Shown here piece by piece: positions 1-8,628 of a stretch of DNA of 64,000 nucleotides (position 1 is its first letter; each line of letters opens with the position of its first letter). The notes below the pieces were generated by a model. The model had not been told where the DNA came from. It made no database searches and worked only from the letters and a program-made list of their open reading frames with translations. Made by a program: the position numbers and the translations under genes. Source of the DNA: Candidatus Woesearchaeota archaeon (GTDB taxonomy: Archaea > Nanobdellota > Nanobdellia > Woesearchaeales > GW2011-AR9); contig JABHDY010000003.1 of NCBI GenBank assembly GCA_018676855.1, positions 240,838 to 304,837 of the forward strand. Direction: 5' to 3'.

Positions 1-2
1 TT

Positions 3-791
3 CTTGCCCTCATCTTTGTTGGAAGTGCAGCACAACCAGGATGGTTCTACCTCACATGTCTAGGATTCATTTCTCTTTCATGTATGTCGTCAGTTGGGTA
101 CATAATAAACGACATTGTTGATCTAAATGCTGATAGGGCTCATCCAGAGAAGAGGTCAAGACCTCTCGCATCTGGAAAGATAAAGAAAGGTGGAGCAATA
201 ATTCTCATGTTGATACTTTTTACTATATCATTATATTTGGCACAATATTTAGGAATAAACTTTTTATATGCAGTGATATCATTATTTGTTTTGACACAGT
301 TCTACTCATTTTTTTTCAAAAGGATAGTTTTTGCAGACATTCTCGTTATTGCCATTTTGTTTGTCATTAGAGCAGTTTCTGGTGTATACATAATTAATGT
401 TGAGATTAGTATGTGGCTAATTCTTTGTCCGTTTTTCTTATCATTATTTTTGTCAACTGGAAAGAGACGGTCTAACCTTGTTCTCTTAAAAGAAAAAGCG
501 GCAGAAACGAAAAAAGTTTTACAATATTATACTGTCGAACTTACAGATAGCCTTATCCTTATCTCTACAACGTTATTTATCATTTCATATACATTATATT
601 GTTTTTTGAGTGACCATAACCATTTAATATATACTTTACCATTTGCATTGTATGTAATATTCAGATACTTTTATTTAATAAAATCGGGATCGATTATTGC
701 TCGACATCCAGAAAAGATTAGAAAAGACATACCAATAGTGTTAGGTATATTATTATGGATCATTTCTGTCATCGTCATATTATACATTTAA
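3..791 (+). CDS. UbiA-family prenyltransferase (decaprenyl-phosphate phosphoribosyltransferase-like), 5'-truncated by window edge
   Basis: YIINDIVDLNADRAHPEKRSRPLASG motif and multiple TM helices; the frame is open from position 3, so the true start lies upstream. Confidence 0.85.
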   Translation, partial: LALIFVGSAAQPGWFYLTCLGFISLSCMSSVGYIINDIVDLNADRAHPEKRSRPLASGKIKKGGAIILMLILFTISLYLAQYLGINFLYAVISLFVLTQFYSFFFKRIVFADILVIAILFVIRAVSGVYIINVEISMWLILCPFFLSLFLSTGKRRSNLVLLKEKAAETKKVLQYYTVELTDSLILISTTLFIISYTLYCFLSDHNHLIYTLPFALYVIFRYFYLIKSGSIIARHPEKIRKDIPIVLGILLWIISVIVILYI

Positions 792-830
792 ACAAAAGTT
801 TATAAAAACTATAAATTCAAATTAAAAAAA

Positions 831-2372
831 ATGACATTAATTATACTTGGCATAGACGCGTTACATCATCAACTTATTAAGAAATGTAAAGATGAAATGC
901 CTACGTTGTATACACATCTTCAAAAAGATACACAAGGAATTCTACGAACAACAATCCCATACTTCACCGGACCGACGTGGACATCGTTCCAAACAGGTAA
1001 AAAAATTGGAAATCACGGAATTGCAAATTTTTTCAAATATGATGACAAACTTCAAATTGATGTAGTGTCAAGTAAGGATATAAAAGAAAAAACGTTCTAT
1101 GAACTTGCAGATTCTCAGGGTAAAAAGTGTTTCATTATGAACCTTCCATTTTCATATCCTGCAAAAATTGATGGAGATATTGTCTTCTCGTGGTTGCACC
1201 TTTACAAGAATATTGAAGACTTGTTTCATCCAACATCATTACAAGAAACGTATCCTTCATTACAAAAGTACGTTTGTCGAGCAGATCGATCACGAAGTGT
1301 TATAAGATACTTAAATTCTGCTCTTGACGTTGCTAAATCGCAGAATAATGTTGTGAAAGACGTATTGAAACGAAAAGAACATGATGTATATTTTTTCCTT
1401 CTTAACGCAGCAGACATGGTACAGCATAAAGCGTTTGACGATTTAATGCATGATAAAAATAATAAAAAAACAAAAATAAGTAGAAAGATATTACAAGAAT
1501 TAGATTCAGTTGTTGAATGGATTGATAAGAACAAAGATGATAACACAACTGTTTTGATTGCAAGTGATCACGGGTTTCAAGTATATGATGGAAAGTTTTT
1601 TTGTAACAGCTGGTTAAAGAAGAACGGATATTTAACAACGTCGATCAAAGAGGGAGAAGGAACGTCACTACAAGACGTCATAATTCGTGGGCAGAAAAAA
1701 AAGAAACGGAACATTGACATTTCAAAGTTTATTATCTTTGTAAAGAAACGTCCAAAACTGTTTCGGTCCCTTGAACCATTTTACGATTTTTGTATAAAAA
1801 TATTACCATTTAATGTAGTAAAACAACCAAAGATAAATTTTGATAAAACACAAGCTTTCTGCAGGTCACTTTTTGAAGGAACAATTCTTCTTAACAAAAA
1901 TCTTTCTGATACTGAAAAAGAAAAGTTAAAGAAAGAACTTATTGAAAAACTTAACGAGATAAAAGACATTGAAGCTCATGATTGTGAAGAGTTCTTTAAA
2001 GGAAAATACAGCAAAAAGTTAGGAGACATTATTGTCACGTCAACAAAGTATGAAATTGATACCACTATTGGTGATACAGAATTTATGCACATTAAACGAG
2101 AAATGCATTCGCTTGACGGAATATTTATGGCATATGGTAAGGATATTAAAAAGGAGTATACTACACAAGGAGCAAACATTGTTGACGTTGCACCAACAAT
2201 TCTTCATAAGTTAGGTGTTCCCATTCCAAAAGATATGGATGGGAAAGTGTTACAAAATATTTTTGTTGATAGTTCAGAGTTACAAAAAAAAGAAATAGTC
2301 TTTGAAACAGAGAATAACACTGAAAAGGAAAAGGATCTTCTTAAATCAAGTATTAAGAACTTACGATTGTGA
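831..2372 (+). CDS. Alkaline-phosphatase superfamily protein (type I phosphodiesterase/nucleotide pyrophosphatase-like)
   Basis: LGIDAL, TTIPYFTGPTWTSFQTG (Thr nucleophile), SDHGF, MHSLDGIF, DVAPTILH..G...DMDG motifs. Confidence 0.85.
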   Translation: MTLIILGIDALHHQLIKKCKDEMPTLYTHLQKDTQGILRTTIPYFTGPTWTSFQTGKKIGNHGIANFFKYDDKLQIDVVSSKDIKEKTFYELADSQGKKCFIMNLPFSYPAKIDGDIVFSWLHLYKNIEDLFHPTSLQETYPSLQKYVCRADRSRSVIRYLNSALDVAKSQNNVVKDVLKRKEHDVYFFLLNAADMVQHKAFDDLMHDKNNKKTKISRKILQELDSVVEWIDKNKDDNTTVLIASDHGFQVYDGKFFCNSWLKKNGYLTTSIKEGEGTSLQDVIIRGQKKKKRNIDISKFIIFVKKRPKLFRSLEPFYDFCIKILPFNVVKQPKINFDKTQAFCRSLFEGTILLNKNLSDTEKEKLKKELIEKLNEIKDIEAHDCEEFFKGKYSKKLGDIIVTSTKYEIDTTIGDTEFMHIKREMHSLDGIFMAYGKDIKKEYTTQGANIVDVAPTILHKLGVPIPKDMDGKVLQNIFVDSSELQKKEIVFETENNTEKEKDLLKSSIKNLRL

Positions 2373-3230
2373 TGTACTTCTAATCTTCTCAAGAACACTG
2401 TATGGAATATCAAGTTCTCCCAATACGACAGGTTTCCGTTTAGGACCATGAAAGTCAGACCCGCCAGACTGAAGAAGACCATGTTGTTCTGCATAGTCTC
2501 TAAACTGTGTGTTACGTTTTGTAGAATCATCTTCAGGGATACGATTAATCTTTGTATAAGAATAGGACGTTTCAAGACCCTGACCACCACGAGAGACAAA
2601 GTAATCCAGTAGTTCAAACACGCGCGTTTCATCATATATGCCTGGATGTGCAAGTATTGCAACACCACCCGCGTTTTTAATGAGAGTAATAGCCTCTCCT
2701 ATTGTCGGATAAAATGCTCGTGCAACAAAGCCAGGCTTATCATTACCAAGATACTGATCAAAAACACTTTTCATGTCAGGAAATTTGTCAGGATACTTTT
2801 CCATTAGAATTGCGGCAACATGTGGCCTGCCAAACGAATAGTTTGTTATCTTCACAACTTCATCAAACGTTATATCAAACCCAAGTTCTTGCAACTTTTC
2901 AATCATTTGTCTTTTTTGGTTAATACGTTCATCGTGAACCTTTTCAGAAAATGCAATGAGGTTTTTATTAGTATAATCCACAAATAAACCTACTACATGA
3001 ATTTCGGTAAAACCTTTATCTTTATCACTGCAACTAATTTCTATTCCGGGAACAATTTCTATACCTTTTCCCTGAGCATACTCAACAGCTTCTTTACAAC
3101 CAGAAATAGTATCATGGTCAGTTATTGCAACTGCTTTTAATCCACTTGCTATTGCTTGATCAACAAAATCTTCAGGGGACAATTCTCCATCAGATTTGTT
3201 TGTATGTGCATGTAAATCTACTTTATCCAT
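2361..3230 (-). CDS. PHP-domain metal-dependent phosphoesterase (TrpH/YciV-like)
   Basis: DLHAHTNKSDG, AITDHD, GIEIS, GRPH, LAHP, GGSDFHG motifs. Confidence 0.9.
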   Translation of the reverse strand: MDKVDLHAHTNKSDGELSPEDFVDQAIASGLKAVAITDHDTISGCKEAVEYAQGKGIEIVPGIEISCSDKDKGFTEIHVVGLFVDYTNKNLIAFSEKVHDERINQKRQMIEKLQELGFDITFDEVVKITNYSFGRPHVAAILMEKYPDKFPDMKSVFDQYLGNDKPGFVARAFYPTIGEAITLIKNAGGVAILAHPGIYDETRVFELLDYFVSRGGQGLETSYSYTKINRIPEDDSTKRNTQFRDYAEQHGLLQSGGSDFHGPKRKPVVLGELDIPYSVLEKIRSTSQS

Positions 3231-3240
3231 TTTCTTTAGT

Positions 3241-3834
3241 TTATTCGTTCAATAACAATATAAGTGTATCTTTTAATGTTGTAAACAATTCAGATTTAAT
3301 CATTGTCTTTTCTACTACATCCATCTTCACAAACTTTTCATTCGTTTCAGTGTCAGTATGAACTTCTTTCCTTCCAAAAGATGAGTCAACAGTATACGGT
3401 TGACCTATATTATTTCTAAAAGGAAAAATCTTAATATGTAAATGTTCTTTCTTTTCGTTCCATGTTGTCCATTTACCGTACGATGCTATGGAAATTGACG
3501 ATTCTCGTGTCGGAGAAGGATCTGTAAACTCAGAATCTTGATCTTTCATAACCTGAAACAGTGCATTACTTACTTTTGCAAATAGAAGACCGTAGTTCTT
3601 TGCAAGTTCTGAATTAGTATTAACTTCTGTAAAATTTGTATAATGATGATGTGGCATAAGTTGTATTGTACAATCGTTTTCTGGATCACCACCAGTTTTA
3701 GGCGAAAGAGTTGCTAACCACATATTATCAGTTTCTGAACCCACTTTACAAATAACAACTGCCCCATATGAAGAGGATTCTCCTACATCTAACGATGTTT
3801 CTTGACAAAGGTTACACTTCTCATCATGTTCCAT
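3241..3834 (-). CDS. Divergent HIT-superfamily protein
   Basis: N-terminal CxxC, LMPHHH strand, HLHIK triad-like motif. Confidence 0.55.
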   Translation of the reverse strand: MEHDEKCNLCQETSLDVGESSSYGAVVICKVGSETDNMWLATLSPKTGGDPENDCTIQLMPHHHYTNFTEVNTNSELAKNYGLLFAKVSNALFQVMKDQDSEFTDPSPTRESSISIASYGKWTTWNEKKEHLHIKIFPFRNNIGQPYTVDSSFGRKEVHTDTETNEKFVKMDVVEKTMIKSELFTTLKDTLILLLNE

Positions 3835-3928
3835 ATTATTCTATTCAAAAACTGCCCATTAATAAATGTTATTAATAAAAGATTTATTTCATAATATTTA
3901 TAAACAGACTTGGTAAATTTTAAGCACT

Positions 3929-4585
3929 ATGTCCAGTTCACAATTAGAAAGGTTGTTACAAGGTCCAATAATACGTAAAGCAGAGTGCGGATTTTGCGAT
4001 TTTGGTCAGAAAAATATTGGAGATGAAGATGCAAGGGGAGCTATCATCATTCATCAAACGGGAAAAAATCCAGAAGTTGATTGGTATGCAACCTTACAAG
4101 ATACGGTAACGTCGGATCCAGAAACAGGATTTAGAATACTTCTTCTTCCTACGGGGCATGTACGAACTTTTGCTCAAATTGGAATGAGCAACAAAATGGT
4201 TGCTAAATATGGGGCGTCAATGGCAACCCTCAGCATTGCGATACAGAAGGTCCGTGCAGCAGAAGCTGAAAAACATGAAATGAAATACGTACCAATGGAA
4301 CGAATTGATGGTAAATGCTATGCAAACGGAAACTCACAAGCGCATGTGCACATTAAGTTTGATGAACCTTCTAAAGGATTGGCACAACCTTTTCCGGCCG
4401 ATACGGGCCCATGGACAAATAAAGATATGTTTTACCTTCGAAAAAATGGTTCTACAGAACTTACCCCTTATGTTGTCGCAGAACCTATTGAAAAACAAAG
4501 ACATTCACCTGAAAGAATGCAATTTCTTGCAGAACAATTAATTGAACAATGTGCAAGAACGTACATATTCTTAGAACGACTATAA
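3929..4585 (+). CDS. Divergent HIT-superfamily protein (paralog of 3241..3834)
   Basis: CGFC, LLLPTGHV, NGNSQAHVHIK; shares the W-x-AT-L, DPE and QP segments with its neighbour. Confidence 0.55.
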   Translation: MSSSQLERLLQGPIIRKAECGFCDFGQKNIGDEDARGAIIIHQTGKNPEVDWYATLQDTVTSDPETGFRILLLPTGHVRTFAQIGMSNKMVAKYGASMATLSIAIQKVRAAEAEKHEMKYVPMERIDGKCYANGNSQAHVHIKFDEPSKGLAQPFPADTGPWTNKDMFYLRKNGSTELTPYVVAEPIEKQRHSPERMQFLAEQLIEQCARTYIFLERL

Positions 4586-5659
4586 AAGTACTTTAATATA
4601 TTCTTTCTCTCTTCTATCATCCATGTAGGCATCAAAGTATCCAACAACAATCCTATAATAAACACTACCATCCTTACAATCAACTCGTTCTAGAACACCA
4701 CACGTTTGAATCTTCTCACCAGGATATGCCATCATGCAATAATCGCGTGAATAAAAAGCAACTTTTGTAATATCACCTGGAACAGAACCACTAACAACAC
4801 TAACATCTTTAATATCGTAACATCCTGGTCGTACAACAGAACTAAAATTGTCTGTAACAGTACCTTCAACAGTTACATTTCCTAATGATGTATATGTTTC
4901 CTCACCCCATTGAAACCACGTTTCTTCTTCCTTTTCTGCAGCAAAGATAACAAATAATCGTTCGTTAAAGAATCCTTCAGATTTCTTCCTGTTCATAAGG
5001 TAATAAAAGTCATCTTCAGAAAATGTATTGTACCTATTTCGTCGTTTATGAAATGAAATCCATTCGTCTTTAGTTTTCCATCGTAACAATTCGTGCTGTG
5101 CAGTTTCCAAATATTTCATTAATTTCCAGAAATTTTCCTTTCCGTACACAACAATGTTAATATCTGATATAGTTGGATTGTAATGGCCCATAAGTGTTGA
5201 ATATGTTATTCCTAAATCTTTAACACGTAACCCACTTTGAAGAAGGAACGTAGCAAATTTATGCACAAGTTTAAGATAATCGTCAAGTGATCCTTCAGGC
5301 ATACTAATCAATTCTGAGAAACCTTTTCGCGGATAATAAATTCGTTCAATATTATCTATTGGAACGGAAAAGAAAAGTCTATCATCAGTATGAACGGGAC
5401 TGTTTAAAACATATTGTGGATACTTAATCTTGAAATTGGTAAGATATTGTCTAAGTTTTTCTTTATCTGACCACATGTTAAGCCTATTCATTTTCTTTCC
5501 AGAAATGAACCTATATTGTAAGCCATCAGATTCAACTTTATCAGTAGGAATATATTTAGGTTTTACTAAGATAGAATTAAACGGATGTTCATTTCCATAT
5601 ACTTGACATTGTAACCCATCTTTGGTTGTTATGATGGATGATTCATAAAAATGTACCAT
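4580..5659 (-). CDS. Pol-beta-like nucleotidyltransferase-fold protein (archaeal predicted NTase); start reassigned to MVHFYES
   Basis: GITYSTLMG...SDINIVVYG; ATG at 5659 directly follows the stop of the upstream paralog; C-terminal OB-like GVLERV region. Confidence 0.7.
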   Translation of the reverse strand: MVHFYESSIITTKDGLQCQVYGNEHPFNSILVKPKYIPTDKVESDGLQYRFISGKKMNRLNMWSDKEKLRQYLTNFKIKYPQYVLNSPVHTDDRLFFSVPIDNIERIYYPRKGFSELISMPEGSLDDYLKLVHKFATFLLQSGLRVKDLGITYSTLMGHYNPTISDINIVVYGKENFWKLMKYLETAQHELLRWKTKDEWISFHKRRNRYNTFSEDDFYYLMNRKKSEGFFNERLFVIFAAEKEEETWFQWGEETYTSLGNVTVEGTVTDNFSSVVRPGCYDIKDVSVVSGSVPGDITKVAFYSRDYCMMAYPGEKIQTCGVLERVDCKDGSVYYRIVVGYFDAYMDDRREKEYIKVLL

Positions 5660-5660
5660 T

Positions 5661-6731
5661 TTAGTCAACAAGTACCTTAAGGTACTCCTCCTTTCCTCTA
5701 TCAGTTGTATACGTATCAAAATATCCAATAACAATTTGATAATATGGTTCTCCTTCTTGTGGTGTAACTTTTTCAAGAAGACCGCACGCTTCAACTTGTT
5801 CTCCCTCCCGAGCTTGAAGAACAAACGGTCGTGACCATGTGACAATACGTTTCACAGGAATGTTCTCATGACCTTCAATAACTTCAGATTTTTGTAAGTC
5901 ATAATATCCTGGCCGTACAATAGAATTGTATACATTTCCTACAGTTCCACGAAGTTTGACCGTGCCAAGAGGTTCATGATTATCATTCCAGTTATACCAT
6001 AATTCGTCAGGTTCCTCAACACAAAATATGGAGAAAACATTGCCGTCAAAAAGCCCATCATCTTTTTTCTTCACCATATTGTACACATATTCTTTTTCAC
6101 TATATTGTGTGGATATGACTCTGTCACGATAATATTTTGCCCAATCTTCTTCAGATTTCCATTTAAGTAATGGATGTTCAGCAGTTTCAAGAAAATTAAG
6201 AACTTTCCATCCATTATCCTTCCCAAATACTAATATGTCAATGTCAGACTTACCATAAGTATAATTTCCAAGAAGCGTTGAATGTGTAATTCCAATATCG
6301 TCAATACGTATACCGCTCTTAAGCATAAGTTCAATAAAACCTTGCGTTGCTTTTAGATAGGGGTCTACATTATCAACGGGAACTTTCATTAATTCTTTAA
6401 CTCCTTCACGCGTATCGTACGTTTTTTTAATTTTATCTTTTGGAACTACTAAAAACCAGTTCTTATGAAGAGGACATTCATAGAAGTAATACGCAAAGGT
6501 ACTTTTTAACCGTGCAAGGTTCTCTTCAACAATTTCTTTTTTATTAAAAAGGTTAAACCGAGTCATACATTTACCAAAAAGAAAACGTTTTTTTAACCCA
6601 GTAAAATCCAGAACAGATTCTGGAATATATTTTGGTTTAACAATAACAAACCCTTCAGGGTGAGAGTTTGCGTATACTTTACACTGAATACCGTCAATGG
6701 TATCGATCAAAACAGATTCATAAAAATGCAT
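5661..6731 (-). CDS. Pol-beta-like nucleotidyltransferase-fold protein (tandem paralog)
   Basis: GITHSTLLG...SDIDILVFG; colinear with 4580..5659 (HFYES, VKPKYIP, VRPG, GYFD). Confidence 0.75.
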   Translation of the reverse strand: MHFYESVLIDTIDGIQCKVYANSHPEGFVIVKPKYIPESVLDFTGLKKRFLFGKCMTRFNLFNKKEIVEENLARLKSTFAYYFYECPLHKNWFLVVPKDKIKKTYDTREGVKELMKVPVDNVDPYLKATQGFIELMLKSGIRIDDIGITHSTLLGNYTYGKSDIDILVFGKDNGWKVLNFLETAEHPLLKWKSEEDWAKYYRDRVISTQYSEKEYVYNMVKKKDDGLFDGNVFSIFCVEEPDELWYNWNDNHEPLGTVKLRGTVGNVYNSIVRPGYYDLQKSEVIEGHENIPVKRIVTWSRPFVLQAREGEQVEACGLLEKVTPQEGEPYYQIVIGYFDTYTTDRGKEEYLKVLVD

Positions 6732-6795
6732 TGGAGTTCACCTTTTCATTTGATTGTAATTTTATCATTATTGTATATATTTTATTATTTTTTTA

Positions 6796-8181
6796 TTATT
6801 GTAATATAATTGGTTTAACGGTTATTGTATCAGGAATTGGTACGTCAAGTAATTGTAATACTGTTGGTGCTACTTGCCGAATATCAATGTCTGCAATACG
6901 TTCTTGTTTTTGTACAGTATCTCCCGCAATGATAAATATGCCCTGACGTGCATGACCAGCACTATCAGCTCCAACAGCCGTTTGCCACGAATATAATCCC
7001 TCCTGACCTAAATCAGGATTTGATGCCCATCGTAAATCGTCAAAATAGACAGTAATGTCAGGACATTCAGGATGGTCAGGGTTATTGTACACTTCTTTTG
7101 TATAGACTTTTGTGTCAAGAAGATTGCCCGTATCGTCAGGAATAGATTTCAATTCTTCTACTAATTTTTCTTGAAATTGTTGATACTCTTCATCGAGAAC
7201 ATTTTTATTCAAGAAGATTCGTGCATTGTACGCACCAGCACCAAACGCTTTACTCTTAGACAAGTCAACATATTCAAATTTGAACCTTACTTTTCCCTCT
7301 TTAATTGTATTCTTTGCATCATCAGTAAGGACAAGATATCCTTTGTCAATAAGCCAATTATTAATGTTAATTTTCCCTTTTTGTCCAACCATTCCATGAT
7401 CAGATACAACTATAGTAGTTGTTCCTTCAGGAAGTAGTGTGATTAATTCTGCTAACTTGGTATCAAGATATTTATAATAATTCTTTAACGCATCTTTGTA
7501 TAGTGAATCTTTGATAAATTTTCGATGACCTTCATCAAAATGGTGCCATAACATATGTTGTAACCTATCAGTTCCAATCATAACAGAATGAAAAAAGTCC
7601 CATTCGTTATTAATAAGAAAATCTTTCAATAATGTTAATTGCATGTCTGTCATTGTATACACACGTTTAATTAATTCACCGGTGTCAAGCGCTTTATGTC
7701 TTCCTAATCCAACAGCAACATCAAAAAACATGTCAGGATGGTCAAACTGTTTGATTTTATCTGTAATATCTTGAGAAGATGTACTTTTGCTATCAGGGCC
7801 AAGAGCAAGGAAACCAGAGACCATAACTCCGTTGATTGGCGTAACAGGATATGTTAACGGATTGTACAAGACAATACTTTTCTTTCCATGCTGAGTAAGA
7901 ATGTCCCAAACTCTATCACATTGAATTGTGTTTGAGTTTACAATTTGTGTTTGACCATCTTTATCTTTATAGGTAAAACTAAAAACTCCCAATTCACTTG
8001 TATCTCTTCCAGACATCATAGAATTCCATGCAGTAATGGTTGATGGTGGAATGGTACTATTTAATTTTGCAGATATGCCTGTAGTAATAAGTCGTTTAAT
8101 TGTTGGCAAATCATCTAACCATTCATCAAATAATAAACGTGGTGCAGCACCATCAATTCCAAACACAAACACTTTTGACAT
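6796..8181 (-). CDS. Alkaline-phosphatase superfamily protein (phosphodiesterase/nucleotide pyrophosphatase-like)
   Basis: FGIDGA, STIPPSTITAWNSMMSG, GTDRLQH, SDHG, HARQGIF, VAPTVL. Confidence 0.85.
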   Translation of the reverse strand: MSKVFVFGIDGAAPRLLFDEWLDDLPTIKRLITTGISAKLNSTIPPSTITAWNSMMSGRDTSELGVFSFTYKDKDGQTQIVNSNTIQCDRVWDILTQHGKKSIVLYNPLTYPVTPINGVMVSGFLALGPDSKSTSSQDITDKIKQFDHPDMFFDVAVGLGRHKALDTGELIKRVYTMTDMQLTLLKDFLINNEWDFFHSVMIGTDRLQHMLWHHFDEGHRKFIKDSLYKDALKNYYKYLDTKLAELITLLPEGTTTIVVSDHGMVGQKGKININNWLIDKGYLVLTDDAKNTIKEGKVRFKFEYVDLSKSKAFGAGAYNARIFLNKNVLDEEYQQFQEKLVEELKSIPDDTGNLLDTKVYTKEVYNNPDHPECPDITVYFDDLRWASNPDLGQEGLYSWQTAVGADSAGHARQGIFIIAGDTVQKQERIADIDIRQVAPTVLQLLDVPIPDTITVKPIILQ

Positions 8182-8209
8182 TTTTAATTATATAATTATA
8201 ATACAAGAT

Positions 8210-8482
8210 TTAATCGAGATATCCTAAACTTTCTAACCGTTTAAGTCGTTCTTGTACTTGCTCTTGCGAGGGAGCTGGATCTTCTTCAGGAACTTTGCTT
8301 TCAGGTTGATCTTGTTCTTCAACATTTGAAAGAACTTCTTGAAGAACGTATGAAACATAACTTGATGCATCAAAATCCGTATTTTCTATCCTCTTTTCAA
8401 TTATCTGTGCTATCTCGTGCGGTATCTTGACCGTAAGTGTATTTTCTTTAACAATATCGTCTGACATCTTCTGTTCCTCCAT
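8210..8482 (-). CDS. Small CopG/ribbon-helix-helix-like protein with C-terminal RLxxLGYLD tail
   Basis: TVKIP..IA..IEKRIE...SSYVSYVLQEVL RHH pattern, acidic linker, RLKRLESLGYLD. Confidence 0.7.
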   Translation of the reverse strand: MEEQKMSDDIVKENTLTVKIPHEIAQIIEKRIENTDFDASSYVSYVLQEVLSNVEEQDQPESKVPEEDPAPSQEQVQERLKRLESLGYLD

Positions 8483-8628
8483 ATACTCTTCAAAATCCCA
8501 TAACCTTTTATTAAGTTAATGAATTAATGGTCATGAGACACGTACAATTAGCTCTAAATTGGGTCTCTCTTTCAGAACATTTAAAAAAGGGAAAAGAACA
8601 TGAAGAACGTGAAAAATGGTGAAAACAG

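Noticed and set aside
5660-5845. N-terminal 62 aa of the 421-aa ORF
   Set aside because: Overlaps the upstream paralog in another frame; alignment of the paralogs places the start at 5659.
8527-8622. Short upstream ORF (about 31 aa) before the CBS-epimerase gene
   Set aside because: No motif or SD support; lies in a divergent promoter region and is probably chance.
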